Below, in pieces: positions 8,849 to 23,800 of a DNA stretch of 64,000 nucleotides (position 1 is its first letter; each line of letters starts with the position of its first letter). Where the stretch lies: positions 20,558,303 through 20,622,302 of the forward strand of contig CM082577.2 in assembly GCA_040954595.2 (NCBI GenBank). Direction: 5' to 3'. Under the pieces are notes generated by a model. That model did not search any database, was not told where the DNA came from, and saw only the letters and a program-made list of their open reading frames with translations. A program made the translations under genes and the position numbers. The DNA is from Balanoglossus misakiensis. Taxonomy: Eukaryota > Animalia > Hemichordata.

Positions 8849-11800
8849 CATTCTTTTCCAACTTTTCCATTAAAGAGTAGCCTGATGGATAACATTTTTG
8901 TCGCAAGTGTCCGTTTCTTCCTTTTCTGAAAGTGCCTGAATTCTAAAAACACTTTTTGCAGAACAAAACAAACCATATTTTTTTATCCCACTTGCCTTAT
9001 AAGCTATGGAAGGTCGATCGGTTACCCACAACATTAACCAAGTCGGGCTATGTGTTCAATGGAGTAGGATTCAGGTTTATAGTAGGAGAAATTCAACCAT
9101 CTTTCGCCTACGGCCATACCACGTAGAATAAGCCGGTTCTCCTCTGATCACCGAAGCAAACCTGCGTTGGGCGTAGTTAGTACTTGGATGGGAGACCGCC
9201 TGGGAATACTACGTGCTTCATTTTTTTCCAACTTTTCCATTAAAGAGTAGCCTGATGGATAATATTTTTGTCGCAAGTGTCCGTTTCTTCCTTTTCAGAA
9301 AGTGCCTGAATTCTAAAAACACTTTTTGCAGAACAAAACAAACCATATTTTTTTTATCCTACTTGCCTTATAAGGTATGGAAAGTCGATCGGTTACCCAC
9401 AAAATTTAGCCAAGTCGGGCTATGTGTTCAATGGTGTAGGATTCAGGTTTATAGTAGGAGAAATTCAACCATCTTTCGCCTACGGCCATACCACGTAGAA
9501 TAAGCCGGTTCTCGTCTGATCACCGAAGCAAACCTGCGTTGGGCGTAGTTAGTACTTGGATGGGAGACCGCCTGGGAATACTACGTGCTGTAGGCTTCAT
9601 TTTTTTTCCAACTTTTCCATTAAAGAGTAGCCTGATGGATAACATTTTTGTCGCAAGTGTCCGTTTCTTCCTTTTCTGAAAGTGCCTGAATTCTAAAAAC
9701 ACTTTTTGCAGAACAAAACAAACCATATTTTTTTATCCCACTTGCCTTATAAGCTATGGAAGGTCGATCGGTTACCCACAAAATTAACCAAGTCGGGCTA
9801 TGTGTTCAATGGTGTAGGATTCAGGTTTATAGTAGGAGAAATTCAACCATCTTTCGCCTACGGCCATACCACTTAGAATAAGCCGGTTCTCGTCTGATCA
9901 CCGAAGCAAACCTGCGTTGGGCGTAGTTAGTACTTGGATGGGAGACCGCCTGGGAATACTACGTGCTTCATTTTTTTCCAACTTTTCCATTAAAGAGTAT
10001 CCTGGTGGATAATATTTTCGTCGCAAGTGTCCGTTTCTTTCTTTTCTGAAAGTGCCTGAATTCTAAAACCACTTTTTGCAGAACAAAACAAACCATATTT
10101 TTTTATCCCACTTGCCTTATAAGCTATGGAAGGTCGATCGGTTACCCACAAAAATTAGCCAAGTCGGGCTATGTGTTCAATGGTGTAGGATTCAGGTTTA
10201 TAGTAGGAGAAATTCAACCATCTTTCGCCTACGGCCATACCACGTAGAATAAGCCGGTTCTCCTCTGATCACCGAAGCAAACCTGCGTTGGGCGTAGTTA
10301 GTACTTGGATGGGAGACAGCCTGGGAATACTACGTGCTGTAGGCTTCATTTTTTTTCCAACTTTTCCATTAAAGAGTAACCTGATGGATAACATTTTTGT
10401 CGCAAGTGTCCGTTTCTTCCTTTTCTGAAAGTGCCTGAATTCTAAAACCACTTTTTGCAGAACAAAACAAACCATATTTTTAATCCCACTTGCTTTATAA
10501 GCTATGGAAGGTCGATCGGTTACCCACAAAAATTAGCCAAGTCGGGCTATGTGTTCAATGGTGTAGGATTCAGGTTTATAGGAGAAATTCAACCATCATT
10601 CGCCTACGGTCATACCACGTAGAATAAGCCGGTTCTCGTCTGATCACCGAAGCAAACCTGCGTTGGGCGTAGTTAGTACTTGGATGGGAGACCGCCTGGG
10701 AATACTACATGCTGTAGGCTTCATTTTTTTCCAACTTTTCCATTAAAGAGTAGCCTGATGGATAATATTTTCGTCGCAAGTGTCCGTTTCTTTCTTTTCT
10801 GAAAGTGCCTGAATTCTAAAACCACTTTTTGCAGAACAAAACAAACCATATTTTTTTTATCCCACTTGCCTTATAAGCTATGGAAGGTCGATCGGTTACC
10901 CACAAAAATTAGCCAAGTCGGGCTATGTGTTCAATGGTGTAGGATTCAGGTTTATAGTAGGAGAAATTCAACCATCTTTCGCCTACGGCCATACCACGTA
11001 GAATAAGCCGGTTCTCCTCTGATCACCGAAGCAAACCTGCGTTGGGCGTAGTTAGTACTTGGATGGGAGACCGCCTGGGAATACTACGTGCTGTAGGCTT
11101 CATTTTTTTTCCAACTTTTCAATTAAAGAGTAGCCTGATGGATAACATTTTTGTCGCAAGTGTCCGTTTCTTCCTTTTCTGAAAGTGCCTGAATTCTAAA
11201 AACACTTTTTGCAGAACAAAACAAACCATATTTTTTTATCCCACTTGCCTTATAAGCTATGGAAGGTCGATAGGTTACCCACAAAATTAACCAAGTCGGG
11301 CTATGTGTTCAATGGTGTAGGATTCAGGTTTATAGTAGGAGAAATTCAACCATCTTTCGCCTACGGCCATACCACGTAGAATAAGCCGGTTCTCGTCTGA
11401 TCACCGAAGCAAACCTGCGTTGGGCGTAGTTAGTACTTGGATGGGAGACCGCCTGGGAATACTACGTGCTTCATTTTTTTCCAACTTTTCCATTAAAGAG
11501 TATCCTGGTGGATAATATTTTCGTCGCAAGTGTCCGTTTCTTTCTTTTCTGAAAGTGCCTGAATTCTAAAACCACTTTTTGCAGAACAAAACAAACCATA
11601 TTTTTTTTATCCCACTTGCCTTATAAGCTATGGAAGGTCGATCGGTTACCCACAAAAATTAGCCAAGTCGGGCTATGTGTTCAATGGTGTAGGATTCAGG
11701 TTTATAGTAGGAGAAATTCAACCATCTTTCGCCTACGTCAATACCACGTAGAATAAGCCGGTTCTCCTCTGATCACCGAAGCAAACCTGCGTTGGGCGTA

Positions 11801-14800
11801 GTTAGTACTTGGATGGGAGACCGCCTGGGAATACTACGTGCTGTAGGCTTCATTTTTTTTCCAACTTTTCCATTAAAGAGTAGCCTGATGGATAACATTT
11901 TTGTCGCAAGTGTCCGTTTCTTCCTTTTCTGAAAGTGCCTGAATTCTAAAAACACTTTTTGCAGAACAAAACAAACCATAATTTTTTATCCCACTTGCCT
12001 TATAAGCTATGGAAGGTCGATAGGTTACCCACAAAATTAACCAAGTCGGGCTATGTGTTCAATGGTGTAGGATTCAGGTTTATAGGAGAAATTCAACCAT
12101 CATTCGCCTACGGTCATACCACGTAGAATAAGCCGGTTCTCGTCTGATCACCGAAGCAAACCTGCGTTGGGCGTAGTTAGTACTTGGATGGGAGACCGCC
12201 TGGGAATACTACATGCTGTAGGCTTCATTTTTTTCCAACTTTTCCATTAAAGAGTTGCCTGATGGATAATATTTTCGTCGCAAGTGTCCGTTTCTTTCTT
12301 TTCTGAAAGTGCCTGAATTCTAAAACCACTTTTTGCAGAACAAAACAAACCATATTTTTTTATCCCACTTGCCTTATAAGCTATGGAAGGTCGATCGGTT
12401 ACCCACAAAAATTAGCCAAGTCGGGCTATGTGTTCAATGGTGTAGGATTCAGGTTTATAGTAGGAGAAATTCAACCATCTTTCGCCTACGGCCATACCAC
12501 GTAGAATAAGCCGGTTCTCCTCTGATCACCGAAGCAAACCTGCGTTGGGCGTAGTTAGTACTTGGATGGGAGACCGCCTGGGAATACTACGTGCTGTAGG
12601 CTTCATTTTTTTTCCAACTTTTCCATTAAAGAGTAGCCTGATGGATAACATTTTTGTCGCAAGTGTCCGTTTCTTCCTTTTCTGAAAGTGCCTGAATTCT
12701 AAAAACACTTTTTGCAGAACAAAACAAACCATATTTTTTTATCCCACTTGCCTTATAAGCTATGGAAGGTCGATAGGTTACCCACAAAATTAACCAAGTC
12801 GGGCTATGTGTTCAATGGTGTAGGATTCAGGTTTATAGTAGGAGAAATTCAACCATCTTTCGCCTACGGCCATACCACGTAGAATAAGCCGGTTCTCGTC
12901 TGATCACCGAAGCAAACCTGCGTTGGGCGTAGTTAGTACTTGGATGGGAGACCGCCTGGGAATACTACGTGCTGTAGGCTTCATTTTTTCCCCAAACTTT
13001 TCCATTAAAGAGTTGCCTGATGGATAACATTTTTGTCGCAAGTGCCCGTTTCTTTCTTGTCTGAAAGTGCCTGAATTCTAAAACCACTTTTTGCAGAACA
13101 AAACAAACCATATTTTTAATCTCACTTGCTTTATAAGCTATGGAAGGTCGATCGGTTACCCACAAAAATTAGCCAAGTCGGGCTATGTGTTCAATGGTGT
13201 AGGATTCAGGTTTATAGGAGAAATTCAACCATCATTCGCCTACGGTCATACCACGTAGAATAAGCCGGTTCTCGTCTGATCACCGAAGCAAACCTGCCTT
13301 GGGCGTAGTTAGTACTTGGATGGGAGACCGCCTGGGAATACTACATGCTGTAGGCTTCATTTTTTTCCAACTTTTCCATTAAAGAGTAGCCTGATGGATA
13401 ATATTTTCGTCGCAAGTGTCCGTTTCTTCCTTTTCTGAAAGTGCCTGAATTCTAAAAACACTTTTTGCAGAACAAAACAAACCATATTTTTTTATCCCAC
13501 TTGCCTTATAAGCTATGGAAGGTCGATCGGTTACCCACAAAATTAACCAAGTCGGGCTATGTGTTCAATGGTGTAGGATTCAGGTTTATAGTAGGAGAAA
13601 TTCAACCATCTTTCGCCTACGGCCATACCACGTAGAATAAGCCGGTTCTCGTCTGATCACCGAAGCAAACCTGCGTTGGGCGTAGTTAGTACTTGGATGG
13701 GAGACCGCCTGGGAATACTACGTGCTTCACTTTTTTCCAACTTTTCCATTAAAGAGTATCCTGGTGGATAATATTTTCGTCGCAAGTGTCCGTTTCTTTC
13801 TTTTCTGAAAGTGCCTGAATTCTAAAACCACTTTTTGCAGAACAAAACAAACCATATTTTTTTATCCCACTTGCCTTATAAGCTATGGAAGGTCGATCGG
13901 TTACCCACAAAAATTAGCTAAGTCGGGCTATGTGTTCAATGGTGTAGGATTCAGGTTTATAGTAGGAGAAATTCAACCATCTTTCGCCTACGGCCATACC
14001 ACGTAGAATAAGCCGGTTCTCCTCTGATCACCGAAGCAAACCTGCGTTGGGCGTAGTTAGTACTTGGATGGGAGACCGCCTGGGAATACTACGTGCTGTA
14101 GGCTTCATTTTTTTTCCAACTTTTCCATTAAAGAGTAGCCTGATGGATAACATTTTTGTCGCAAGTGTCCGTTTCTTCCTTTTCTGAAAGTGCCTGAATT
14201 CTAAAAACACTTTTTGCAGAACAAAACAAACCATATTTTTTTATCCCACTTGCCTTATAAGCTATGGAAGGTCGATAGGTTACCCACAAAATTAACCAAG
14301 TCGGGCTATGTGTTCAATGGTGTAGGATTCAGGTTTATAGTAGGAGAAATTCAACCATCTTTCGCCTACGGCCATACCACGTAGAATAAGCCGGTTCTCG
14401 TCTGATCACCGAAGCAAACCTGCGTTGGGCGTAGTTAGTACTTGGATGGGAGACCGCCTGGGAATACTACGTGCTGTAGGCTTCATTTTTTCCCCAAACT
14501 TTTCCATTAAAGAGTAGCCTGATGGATAACATTTTTGTCGCAAGTGTCCGTTTCTTTCTTGTCTGAAAGTGCCTGAATTCTAAAACCACTTTTTGCAGAA
14601 CAAAACAAACCATATTTTTAATCCCACTTGCTTTATAAGCTATGGAAGGTCGATCGGTTACCCACAAAAATTAGCCAAGTCGGGCTATGTGTTCAATGGT
14701 GTAGGATTCAGGTTTATAGGAGAAATTCAACCATCATTCGCCTACGGTCATACCACGTAGAATAAGCCGGTTCTCGTCTGATCACCGAAGCAAACCTGCG

Positions 14801-17800
14801 TTGGGCGTAGTTAGTACTTGGATGGGAGACCGCCTGGGAATACTACATGCTGTAGGCTTCATTTTTTTCCAACTTTTCCATTAAAGAGTAGCCTGATGGA
14901 TAATATTTTCGTCGCAAGTGTCCGTTTCTTCCTTTTCTGAAAGTGCCTGAATTCTAAAAACACTTTTTGCAGAACAAAACAAACCATATTTTTTTATCCC
15001 ACTTGCCTTATAAGCTATGGAAGGTCGATCGGTTACCCACAAAATTAACCAAGTCGGGCTATGTGTTCAATGGTGTAGGATTCAGGTTTATAGTAGGAGA
15101 AATTCAACCATCTTTCGCCTACGGCCATACCACGTAGAATAAGCCGGTTCTCGTCTGATCACCGAAGCAAACCTGCGTTGGGCGTAGTTAGTACTTGGAT
15201 GGGAGACCGCCTGGGAATACTACGTGCTTCATTTTTTTCCAACTTTTCCATTAAAGAGTATCCTGGTGGATAACATTTTTGTCGCAAGTGTCCGTTTCTT
15301 TCTTGTCTGAAAGTGCCTGAATTCTAAAACCACTTTTTGCAGAACAAAACAAACCATATTTTTAATCCCACTTGCCTTATAAGCTATGGAAGGTCGATCG
15401 GTTACCCACAAAATTAACCAAGTCGGGCTATGTGTTCAATGGTGTAGGATTCAGGTTTATAGTAGGAGAAATTCAACCATCTTTCGCCTACGGTCATACC
15501 ACGTAGAATAAGCCGGTTCTCGTCTGATCACCGAAGCAAACCTGCGTTGGGCGTAGTTAGTACTTGGATGGGAGACCGCCTGGGAATACTACATGCTGTA
15601 GGCTTCATTTTTTTCCAACTTTTCCATTAAAGAGTAGCCTGATGGATAATATTTTCGTCGCAAGTGTCCGTTTCTTCCTTTTCTGAAAGTGCCTGAATTC
15701 TAAAAACACTTTTTGCAGAACAAAACAAACCATATTTTTTTATCCCACTTGCCTTATAAGCTATGGAAGGTCGATCGGTTACCCACAAAATTAACCAAGT
15801 CGGGCTATGTGTTCAATGGTGTAGGATTCAGGTTTATAGTAGGAGAAATTCAACCATCTTTCGCCTACGGCCATACCACGTAGAATAAGCCGGTTCTCGT
15901 CTGATCACCGAAGCAAACCTGCGTTGGGCGTAGTTGATACTTGGATGGGAGACCGCCTGGGAATACTACGTGCTTCATTTTTTTCCAACTTTTCCATTAA
16001 AGAGTATCCTGGTGGATAATATTTTCGTCGCAAGTGTCCGTTTCTTTCTTTTCTGAAAGTGCCTGAATTCTAAAACCACTTTTTGCAGAACAAAACAAAC
16101 CATATTTTTTTATCCCACTTGCCTTATAAGCTATGGAAGGTCGATCGGTTACCCACAAAAATTAGCCAAGTCGGGCTATGTGTTCAATGGTGTAGGATTC
16201 AGGTTTATAGTAGGAGAAATTCAACCATCTTTCGCCTACGGCCATACCACGTAGAATAAGCCGGTTCTCCTCTGATCACCGAAGCAAACCTGCGTTGGGC
16301 GTAGTTAGTACTTGGATGGGAGACCGCCTGGGAATACTACGTGCTGTAGGCTTCATTTTTTTTCCAACTTTTCCATGAAAGAGTAGCCTGATGGATAACA
16401 TTTTTGTCGCAAGTGTCCGTTTCTTCCTTTTCTGAAAGTGCCTGAATTCTAAAAACACTTTTTGCAGAACAAAACAAACCATATTTTTTTATCCCACTTG
16501 CCTTATAAGCTATGGAAGGTCGATAGGTTACCCACAAAATTAACCAAGTCGGGCTATGTGTTCAATGGTGTAGGATTCAGGTTTATAGTAGGAGAAATTC
16601 AACCATCTTTCGCCTACGGCCATACCACGTAGAATAAGCCGGTTCTCGTCTGATCACCGAAGCAAACCTGCGTTGGGCGTAGTTAGTACTTGGATGGGAG
16701 ACCGCCTGGGAATACTACGTGCTGTAGGCTTCATTTTTTTCCCCAACTTTTCCATTAAAGAGTAGCCTGATGGATAACATTTTTGTCGCAAGTGTCCGTT
16801 TCTTTCTTGTCTGAAAGTGCCTGAATTCTAAAACCACTTTTTGCAGAACAAAACAAACCATATTTTTAATCCCACTTGCTTTATAAGCTATGGAAGGTCG
16901 ATCGGTTACCCACAAAAATTAGCCAAGTCGGGCTATGTGTTCAATGGTGTAGGATTCAGGTTTATAGGAGAAATTCAACCATCATTCGCCTACGGTCATA
17001 CCACGTAGAATAAGCCGGTTCTCGTCTGATCACCGAAGCAAACCTGCGTTGGGCGTAGTTAGTACTTGGATGGGAGACCGCCTGGGAATACTACATGCTG
17101 TAGGCTTCATTCTTTTCCAACTTTTCCATTAAAGAGTAGCCTGATGGATAATATTTTCGTCGCAAGTGTCCGTTTCTTTCTTTTCTGAAAGTGCCTGAAT
17201 TCTAAAACCACTTTTTGCAGAACAAAACAAACCATATTTTTTATCCCACTTGCTTTATAAGCTATGGAAGGTCGATCGGTTACCCACAAAAATTAGCCAA
17301 GTCGGACTATGTGTTCAATGGTGTAGGATTCAGGTTTATAGTAGGAGAAATTCAACCATCATTCGCCTACGGTCATACCACGTAGAATAAGCCGGTTCTC
17401 GTCTGATCACCGAAGCAAACCTGCGTTGGGCGTAGTTAGTACTTGGATGGGAGACCGCCTGGGAATACTACGTGCTGTAGGCTTCATTTTTTTCCAACTT
17501 TTCCATTAAAGAGTAGCCTGATGGATAATATTTTCGTCGCAAGTGTCCGTTTCTTTCTTTTCTGAAAGTGCCTGAATTCTAAAACCACTTTTTGCAGAAC
17601 AAAACAAACCATATTTTTTATCCCACTTGCTTTATAAGCTATGGAAGGTCGATCGGTTACCCACAAAAATAAGCCAAGTCGGACTATGTGTTCAATGGTG
17701 TAGGATTCAGGTTTATAGTAGGAGAAATTCAACCATCATTCGCCTACGGCCATACTACGTAGAATAAGCCGGTTCTCGTCTGATCACCGAAGCAAACCTG

Positions 17801-20800
17801 CGTTGGGCGTAGTTAGTACTTGGATGGGAGACCGCCTGGGAATACTACGTGCTGTAGGCTTCATTTTTTTCCAACTTTTCCATTAAAGAGTAGCCTGATG
17901 GATAATATTTTCGTCGCAAGTGTCCGTTTCTTTCTTTTCTGAAAGTGCCTGAATTCTAAAACCACTTTTTGCAGAAAAAAACAAACCATATTCTTTATCC
18001 CAATTGCTTTATAAGCTATGGAAGGTCGATCGGTTACCCACAAAAATTAGCCAAGTCGGGCTATGTGTTCAATGGTGTAGGATTCAGGTTTATAGTAGGA
18101 GAAATTCAACCATCTTTCGCCTACGGCCATACCACGTAGAATAAGCCGGTTCTCGTCTGATCACCGAAGCAAACCTGCGTTGGGCGTAGTTAGTACTTGG
18201 ATGGGAGACCGCCTGGGAATACTACGTGCTTTATTTTTTTCCAACTGTTCCATTAAAGAGTAGCCTGATGGATAATATTTTCGTCGCAAGTGTCCGTTTC
18301 TTTCTTTTCTGAAAGTGCCTGAATTCTAAAACCACTTTTTGCAGAACAAAACAAACCATATTTTTTATCCCACTTGCTTTATAAGCTATGGAAGGTCGAT
18401 CGGTTACCCACAAAATTAGCCAAGTCGGGCTATGTGTTCAATGGTGTAGGATTCAGGTTTATAGTAGGAGAAATTCAACCATCTTTCGCCTACGGCCATA
18501 CCACGTAGAATAAGCCGGTTCTCGTCTGATCACCGAAGCAAACCTGCGTTGGGCGTAGTTAGTACTTGGATGGGAGACCGCCTGGGAATACTACGTGCTG
18601 TAGGCTTCATTTTTTTCCCAACTTTTCCATTAAAGAGTAGCCTGATGGATAACATTTTTGTCGCAAGTGTCCGTTTCTTCCTTTTCTGAAAGTGCCTGAA
18701 TTCTAAAACCACTTTTTGCAGAACAAAGCAACCATATTTTTTGATCCCACTTGCCTTATAAGCTATGGAAGGTCGATCGGTTACCCACAAAATTTGCCAA
18801 GTCGGGCTATGTGTTCAATGGTGTAGGATTCAGGTTTATAGTAGGAGAACTTCAACCATCTTTCGCCTACGGCCATACCACGTAGAATAAGCCGGTTCTC
18901 GTCTGATCACCGAAGCAAACCTGCGTTGGGCGTAGTTAGTACTTGGATGGGAGACCACCTGGGAATACTACGTGCTGTAGGCTTCATTTTTTTTCCAACT
19001 TTTCCATTAAAGAGTAGCCTGATGGATAACATTTTTGTCGCAAGTGTCCGTTTCTTCCTTTTCTGAAAGTGCCTGAATTCTAAAAACACTTTTTGCAGAA
19101 CAAAACAAACCATATTTTTTTATCCCACTTGCCTTATAAGCTATGGAAGGTCGATCGGTTACCCACAAAATTAACCAAGTCGGGCTATGTGTTCAATGGT
19201 GTAGGATTCAGGTTTATAGTAGGAGAAATTCAACCATCTTTCGCCTACGGCCATACCACGTAGAATAAGCCGGTTCTCGTCTGATCACCGAAGCAAACCT
19301 GCGTTGGGCGTAGTTAGTACTTGGATGGGAGACCGCCTGGGAATACTACGTGCTGTAGGCTTCATTTTTTTCCAACTTTTCCATTAAAGAGTAGCCTGAT
19401 GGATAATATTTTCGTCGCAAGTGTCCGTTTCTTTCTTTTCTGAAAGTGCCTGAATTCTAAAACCACTTTTTGCAGAACAAAACAAACCATATTTTTTATC
19501 CCACTTGCTTTATAAGCTATGGAAGGTCGATCGGTTACCCACAAAAATAAGCCAAGTCGGACTATGTGTTCAATGGTGTAGGATTCAGGTTTATAGTAGG
19601 AGAAATTCAACCATCATTCGCCTACGGCCATACCACATAGAATAAGCCGGTTCTCGTCTGATCACCGAAGCAAACCTGCGTTGGGCGTAGTTAGTACTTG
19701 GATGGGAGACCGCCTGGGAATACTACGTGCTGTAGGCTTCATTTTTTTCCCAAACTTTTCCATTAAAGAGTAGCCTGATGGATAACATTTTTGTCGCAAG
19801 TGTCCGTTTCTTTCTTGTCTGAAAGTGCCTGAATTCTAAAACCACTTTTTGCAGAACAAAACAAACCATATTTTTAATCCCACTTGCTTTATAAGCTATG
19901 GAAGGTCGATCGGTTACCCACAAAAATAAGCCAAGTCGGGCTATGTGTTCAATGGTGTAGGATTCAGGTTTATAGTAGGAGAAATTCAACCATCATTCGC
20001 CTACGGTCATACCACGTAGAATAAGCCGGTTCTCGTCTGATCACCGAAGCAAACCTGCGTTGGGCGTAGTTAGTACTTGGATGGGAGACCGCCTGGGAAT
20101 ACTACGTGCTGTAGGCTTCATTTTTTTTTCCAATTTTTCCATTAAAGAGTAGCCTGATGGATAACATTTTTGTCGCAAGTGTCCGTTTCTTCCTTTTCTG
20201 AAAGTGCCTGAATTCTAAAAACACTTTTTGCAGAACAAAACAAACCATATTTTTTTTATCCCACTTGCCTTATAAGCTATGGAAGGTCGATCGGTTACCC
20301 ACAAAATTAACCAAGTCGGGCTATGTGTTCAATGGTGTAGGATTCAGGTTTATAGTAGGAGAAATTCAACCATCTTTCGCCTACGGCCATACCACGTAGA
20401 ATAAGCCGGTTCTCGTCTGATCACCGAAGCAAACCTGCGTTGGGCGTAGTTAGTACTTGGATGGGAGACCGCCTGGGAATACTACGTGCTTCATTTTTTT
20501 CCAACTTTTCCATTAAAGAGTATCCTGGTGGATAATATTTTCGTCGCAAGTGTCCGTTTCTTTCTTTTCTGAAAGTGCCTGAATTCTAAAACCACTTTTT
20601 GCAGAACAAAACAAACCATATTTTTTTATCCCACTTGCCTTATAAGCTATGGAAGGTCGATCGGTTACCCATAAAAATTAGCCAAGTCGGGCTATGTGTT
20701 CAATGGTGTAGGATTCAGGTTTATAGTAGGAGAAATTCAACCATCTTTCGCCTACGGCCATACCACGTAGAATAAGCCGGTTCTCCTCTGATCACCGAAG

Positions 20801-23800
20801 CAAACCTGCGTTGGGCGTAGTTAGTACTTGGATGGGAGACCGCCTGGGAATACTACGTGCTGTAGGCTTCATTTTTTTCCAACTTTTCCATTAAAGAGTA
20901 GCCTGATGGATAACATTTTTGTCGCAAGTGTCCGTTTCTTCCTTTTCTGAAAGTGCCTGAATTCTAAAAACACTTTTTGCAGAACAAAACAAACCATATT
21001 TTTTTATCCCACTTGCCTTATAAGCTATGGAAGGTCGATAGGTTACCCACAAAATTAACCAAGTCGGGCTATGTGTTCAATGGTGTAGGATTCAGGTTTA
21101 TAGTAGGAGAAATTCAACCATCATTCGCCTACGGCCATACTACGTAGAATAAGCCGGTTCTCGTCTGATCACCGAAGCAAACCTGCGTTGGGCGTAGTTA
21201 GTACTTGGATGGGAGACCGCCTGGGAATACTACATGCTGTAGGCTTCATTTTTTTCCAACTTTTCCATTAAAGAGTAGCCTGATGGATAATATTTTCGTC
21301 GCAAGTGTCCGTTTCTTCCTTTTCTGAAAGTGCCTGAATTCTAAAAACACTTTTTGCAGAACAAAACAAACCATATTTTTTTATCCCACTTGCCTTATAA
21401 GCTATGGAAGGTCGATCGGTTACCCACAAAATTAACCAAGTCGGGCTATGTGTTCAATGGTGTAGGATTCAGGTTTATAGTAGGAGAAATTCAACCATCT
21501 TTCGCCTACGGCCATACCACGTAGAATAAGCCGGTTCTCGTCTGATCACCGAAGCAAACCTGCGTTGGGCGTAGTTAGTACTTGGATGGGAGACCGCCTG
21601 GGAATACTACGTGCTTCATTTTTTTCTAACTTTTCCATTAAAGAGTAGCCTGGTGGATAATATTTTCGTCGCAAGTGTCCGTTTCTTTCTTGTCTGAAAG
21701 TGCCTGAATTCTAAAACCACTTTTTGCAGAACAAAACAAACCATATTTTTAATCCCACTTGCTTTATAAGCTATGGAAGGTCGATCGGTTACCCACAAAA
21801 ATAAGCCAAGTCGGGCTATGTGTTCAATGGTGTAGGATTCAGGTTTATAGTAGGAGAAATTCAACCATCATTCGCCTACGGTCATACCACGTAGAATAAG
21901 CCGGTTCTCGTCTGATCACCGAAGCAAACCTGCGTTGGGCGTAGTTAGTACTTGGATGGGAGACCGCCTGGGAATACTACGTGCTGTAGGCTTAATTTTT
22001 TTTTCCAATTTTTCCATTAAAGAGTAGCCTGATGGATAACATTTTTGTCGCAAGTGTCCGTTTCTTCCTTTTCTGAAAGTGCCTGAATTCTAAAAACACT
22101 TTTTGCAGAACAAAACAAACCATATTTTTTTTATCCCACTTGCCTTATAAGCTATGGAAGGTCGATCGGTTACCCACAAAATTAACCAAGTCGGGCTATG
22201 TGTTCAATGGTGTAGGATTCAGGTTTATAGTAGGAGAAATTCAACCATCTTTCGCCTACGGCCATACCACGTAGAATAAGCCGGTTCTCGTCTGATCACC
22301 GAAGCAAACCTGCGTTGGGCGTAGTTAGTACTTGGATGGGAGACCGCCTGGGAATACTACGTGCTTCATTTTTTTCCAACTTTTCCATTAAAGAGTATCC
22401 TGGTGGATAATATTTTCGTCGCAAGTGTCCGTTTCTTTCTTTTCTGAAAGTGCCTGAATTCTAAAACCACTTTTTGCAGAACAAAACAAACCATATTTTT
22501 TTATCCCACTTGCCTTATAAGCTATGGAAGGTCGATCGGTTACCCACAAAAATTAGCCAAGTCGGGCTATGTGTTCAATGGTGTAGGATTCAGGTTTATA
22601 GTAGGAGAAATTCAACCATCTTTCGCCTACGGCCATACCACGTAGAATAAGCCGGTTCTCCTCTGATCACCGAAGCAAACCTGCGTTGGGCGTAGTTAGT
22701 ACTTGGATGGGAGACCGCCTGGGAATACTACGTGCTGTAGGCTTCATTTTTTTCCAACTTTTCCATTAAAGAGTAGCCTGATGGATAACATTTTTGTCGC
22801 AAGTGTCCGTTTCTTCCTTTTCTGAAAGTGCCTGAATTCTAAAAACACTTTTTGCAGAACAAAACAAACCATATTTTTTTATCCCACTTGCCTTATAAGC
22901 TATGGAAGGTCGATAGGTTACCCACAAAATTAACCAAGTCGGGCTATGTGTTCAATGGTGTAGGATTCAGGTTTATAGTAGGAGAAATTCAACCATCATT
23001 CGCCTACGGCCATACTACGTAGAATAAGCCGGTTCTCGTCTGATCACCGAAGCAAACCTGCGTTGGGCGTAGTTAGTACTTGGATGGGAGACCGCCTGGG
23101 AATACTACATGCTGTAGGCTTCATTTTTTTCCAACTTTTCCATTAAAGAGTAGCCTGATGGATAATATTTTCGTCGCAAGTGTCCGTTTCTTCCTTTTCT
23201 GAAAGTGCCTGAATTCTAAAAACACTTTTTGCAGAACAAAACAAACCATATTTTTTTATCCCACTTGCCTTATAAGCTATGGAAGGTCGATCGGTTACCC
23301 ACAAAATTAACCAAGTCGGGCTATGTGTTCAATGGTGTAGGATTCAGGTTTATAGTAGGAGAAATTCAACCATCTTTCGCCTACGGCCATACCACGTAGA
23401 ATAAGCCGGTTCTCGTCTGATCACCGAAGCAAACCTGCGTTGGGCGTAGTTAGTACTTGGATGGGAGACCGCCTGGGAATACTACGTGCTTCTTTTTTTT
23501 CTAACTTTTCCATTAAAGAGTAGCCTGGTGGATAATATTTTCGTCGCAAGTGTCCGTTTCTTTCTTGTCTGAAAGTGCCTGAATTCTAAAACCACTTTTT
23601 GCAGAACAAAACAAACCATATTTTTAATCCCACTTGCTTTATAAGCTATGGAAGGTCGATCGGTTACCCACAAAATTAACCAAGTCGGGCTATGTGTTCA
23701 ATGGTGTAGGATTCAGGTTTATAGGAGAAATTCAACCATCATTCGCCTACGGTCATACCACGTAGAATAAGCCGGTTCTCGTCTGATCACCGAAGCAAAC

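Noticed and set aside
8849-9105. Second small RNA gene (tRNA, snRNA, SL RNA) in the 5S spacer
   Set aside because: No cloverleaf, B box or recognisable snRNA/SL motif seen by eye. An Infernal/Rfam scan would settle it.
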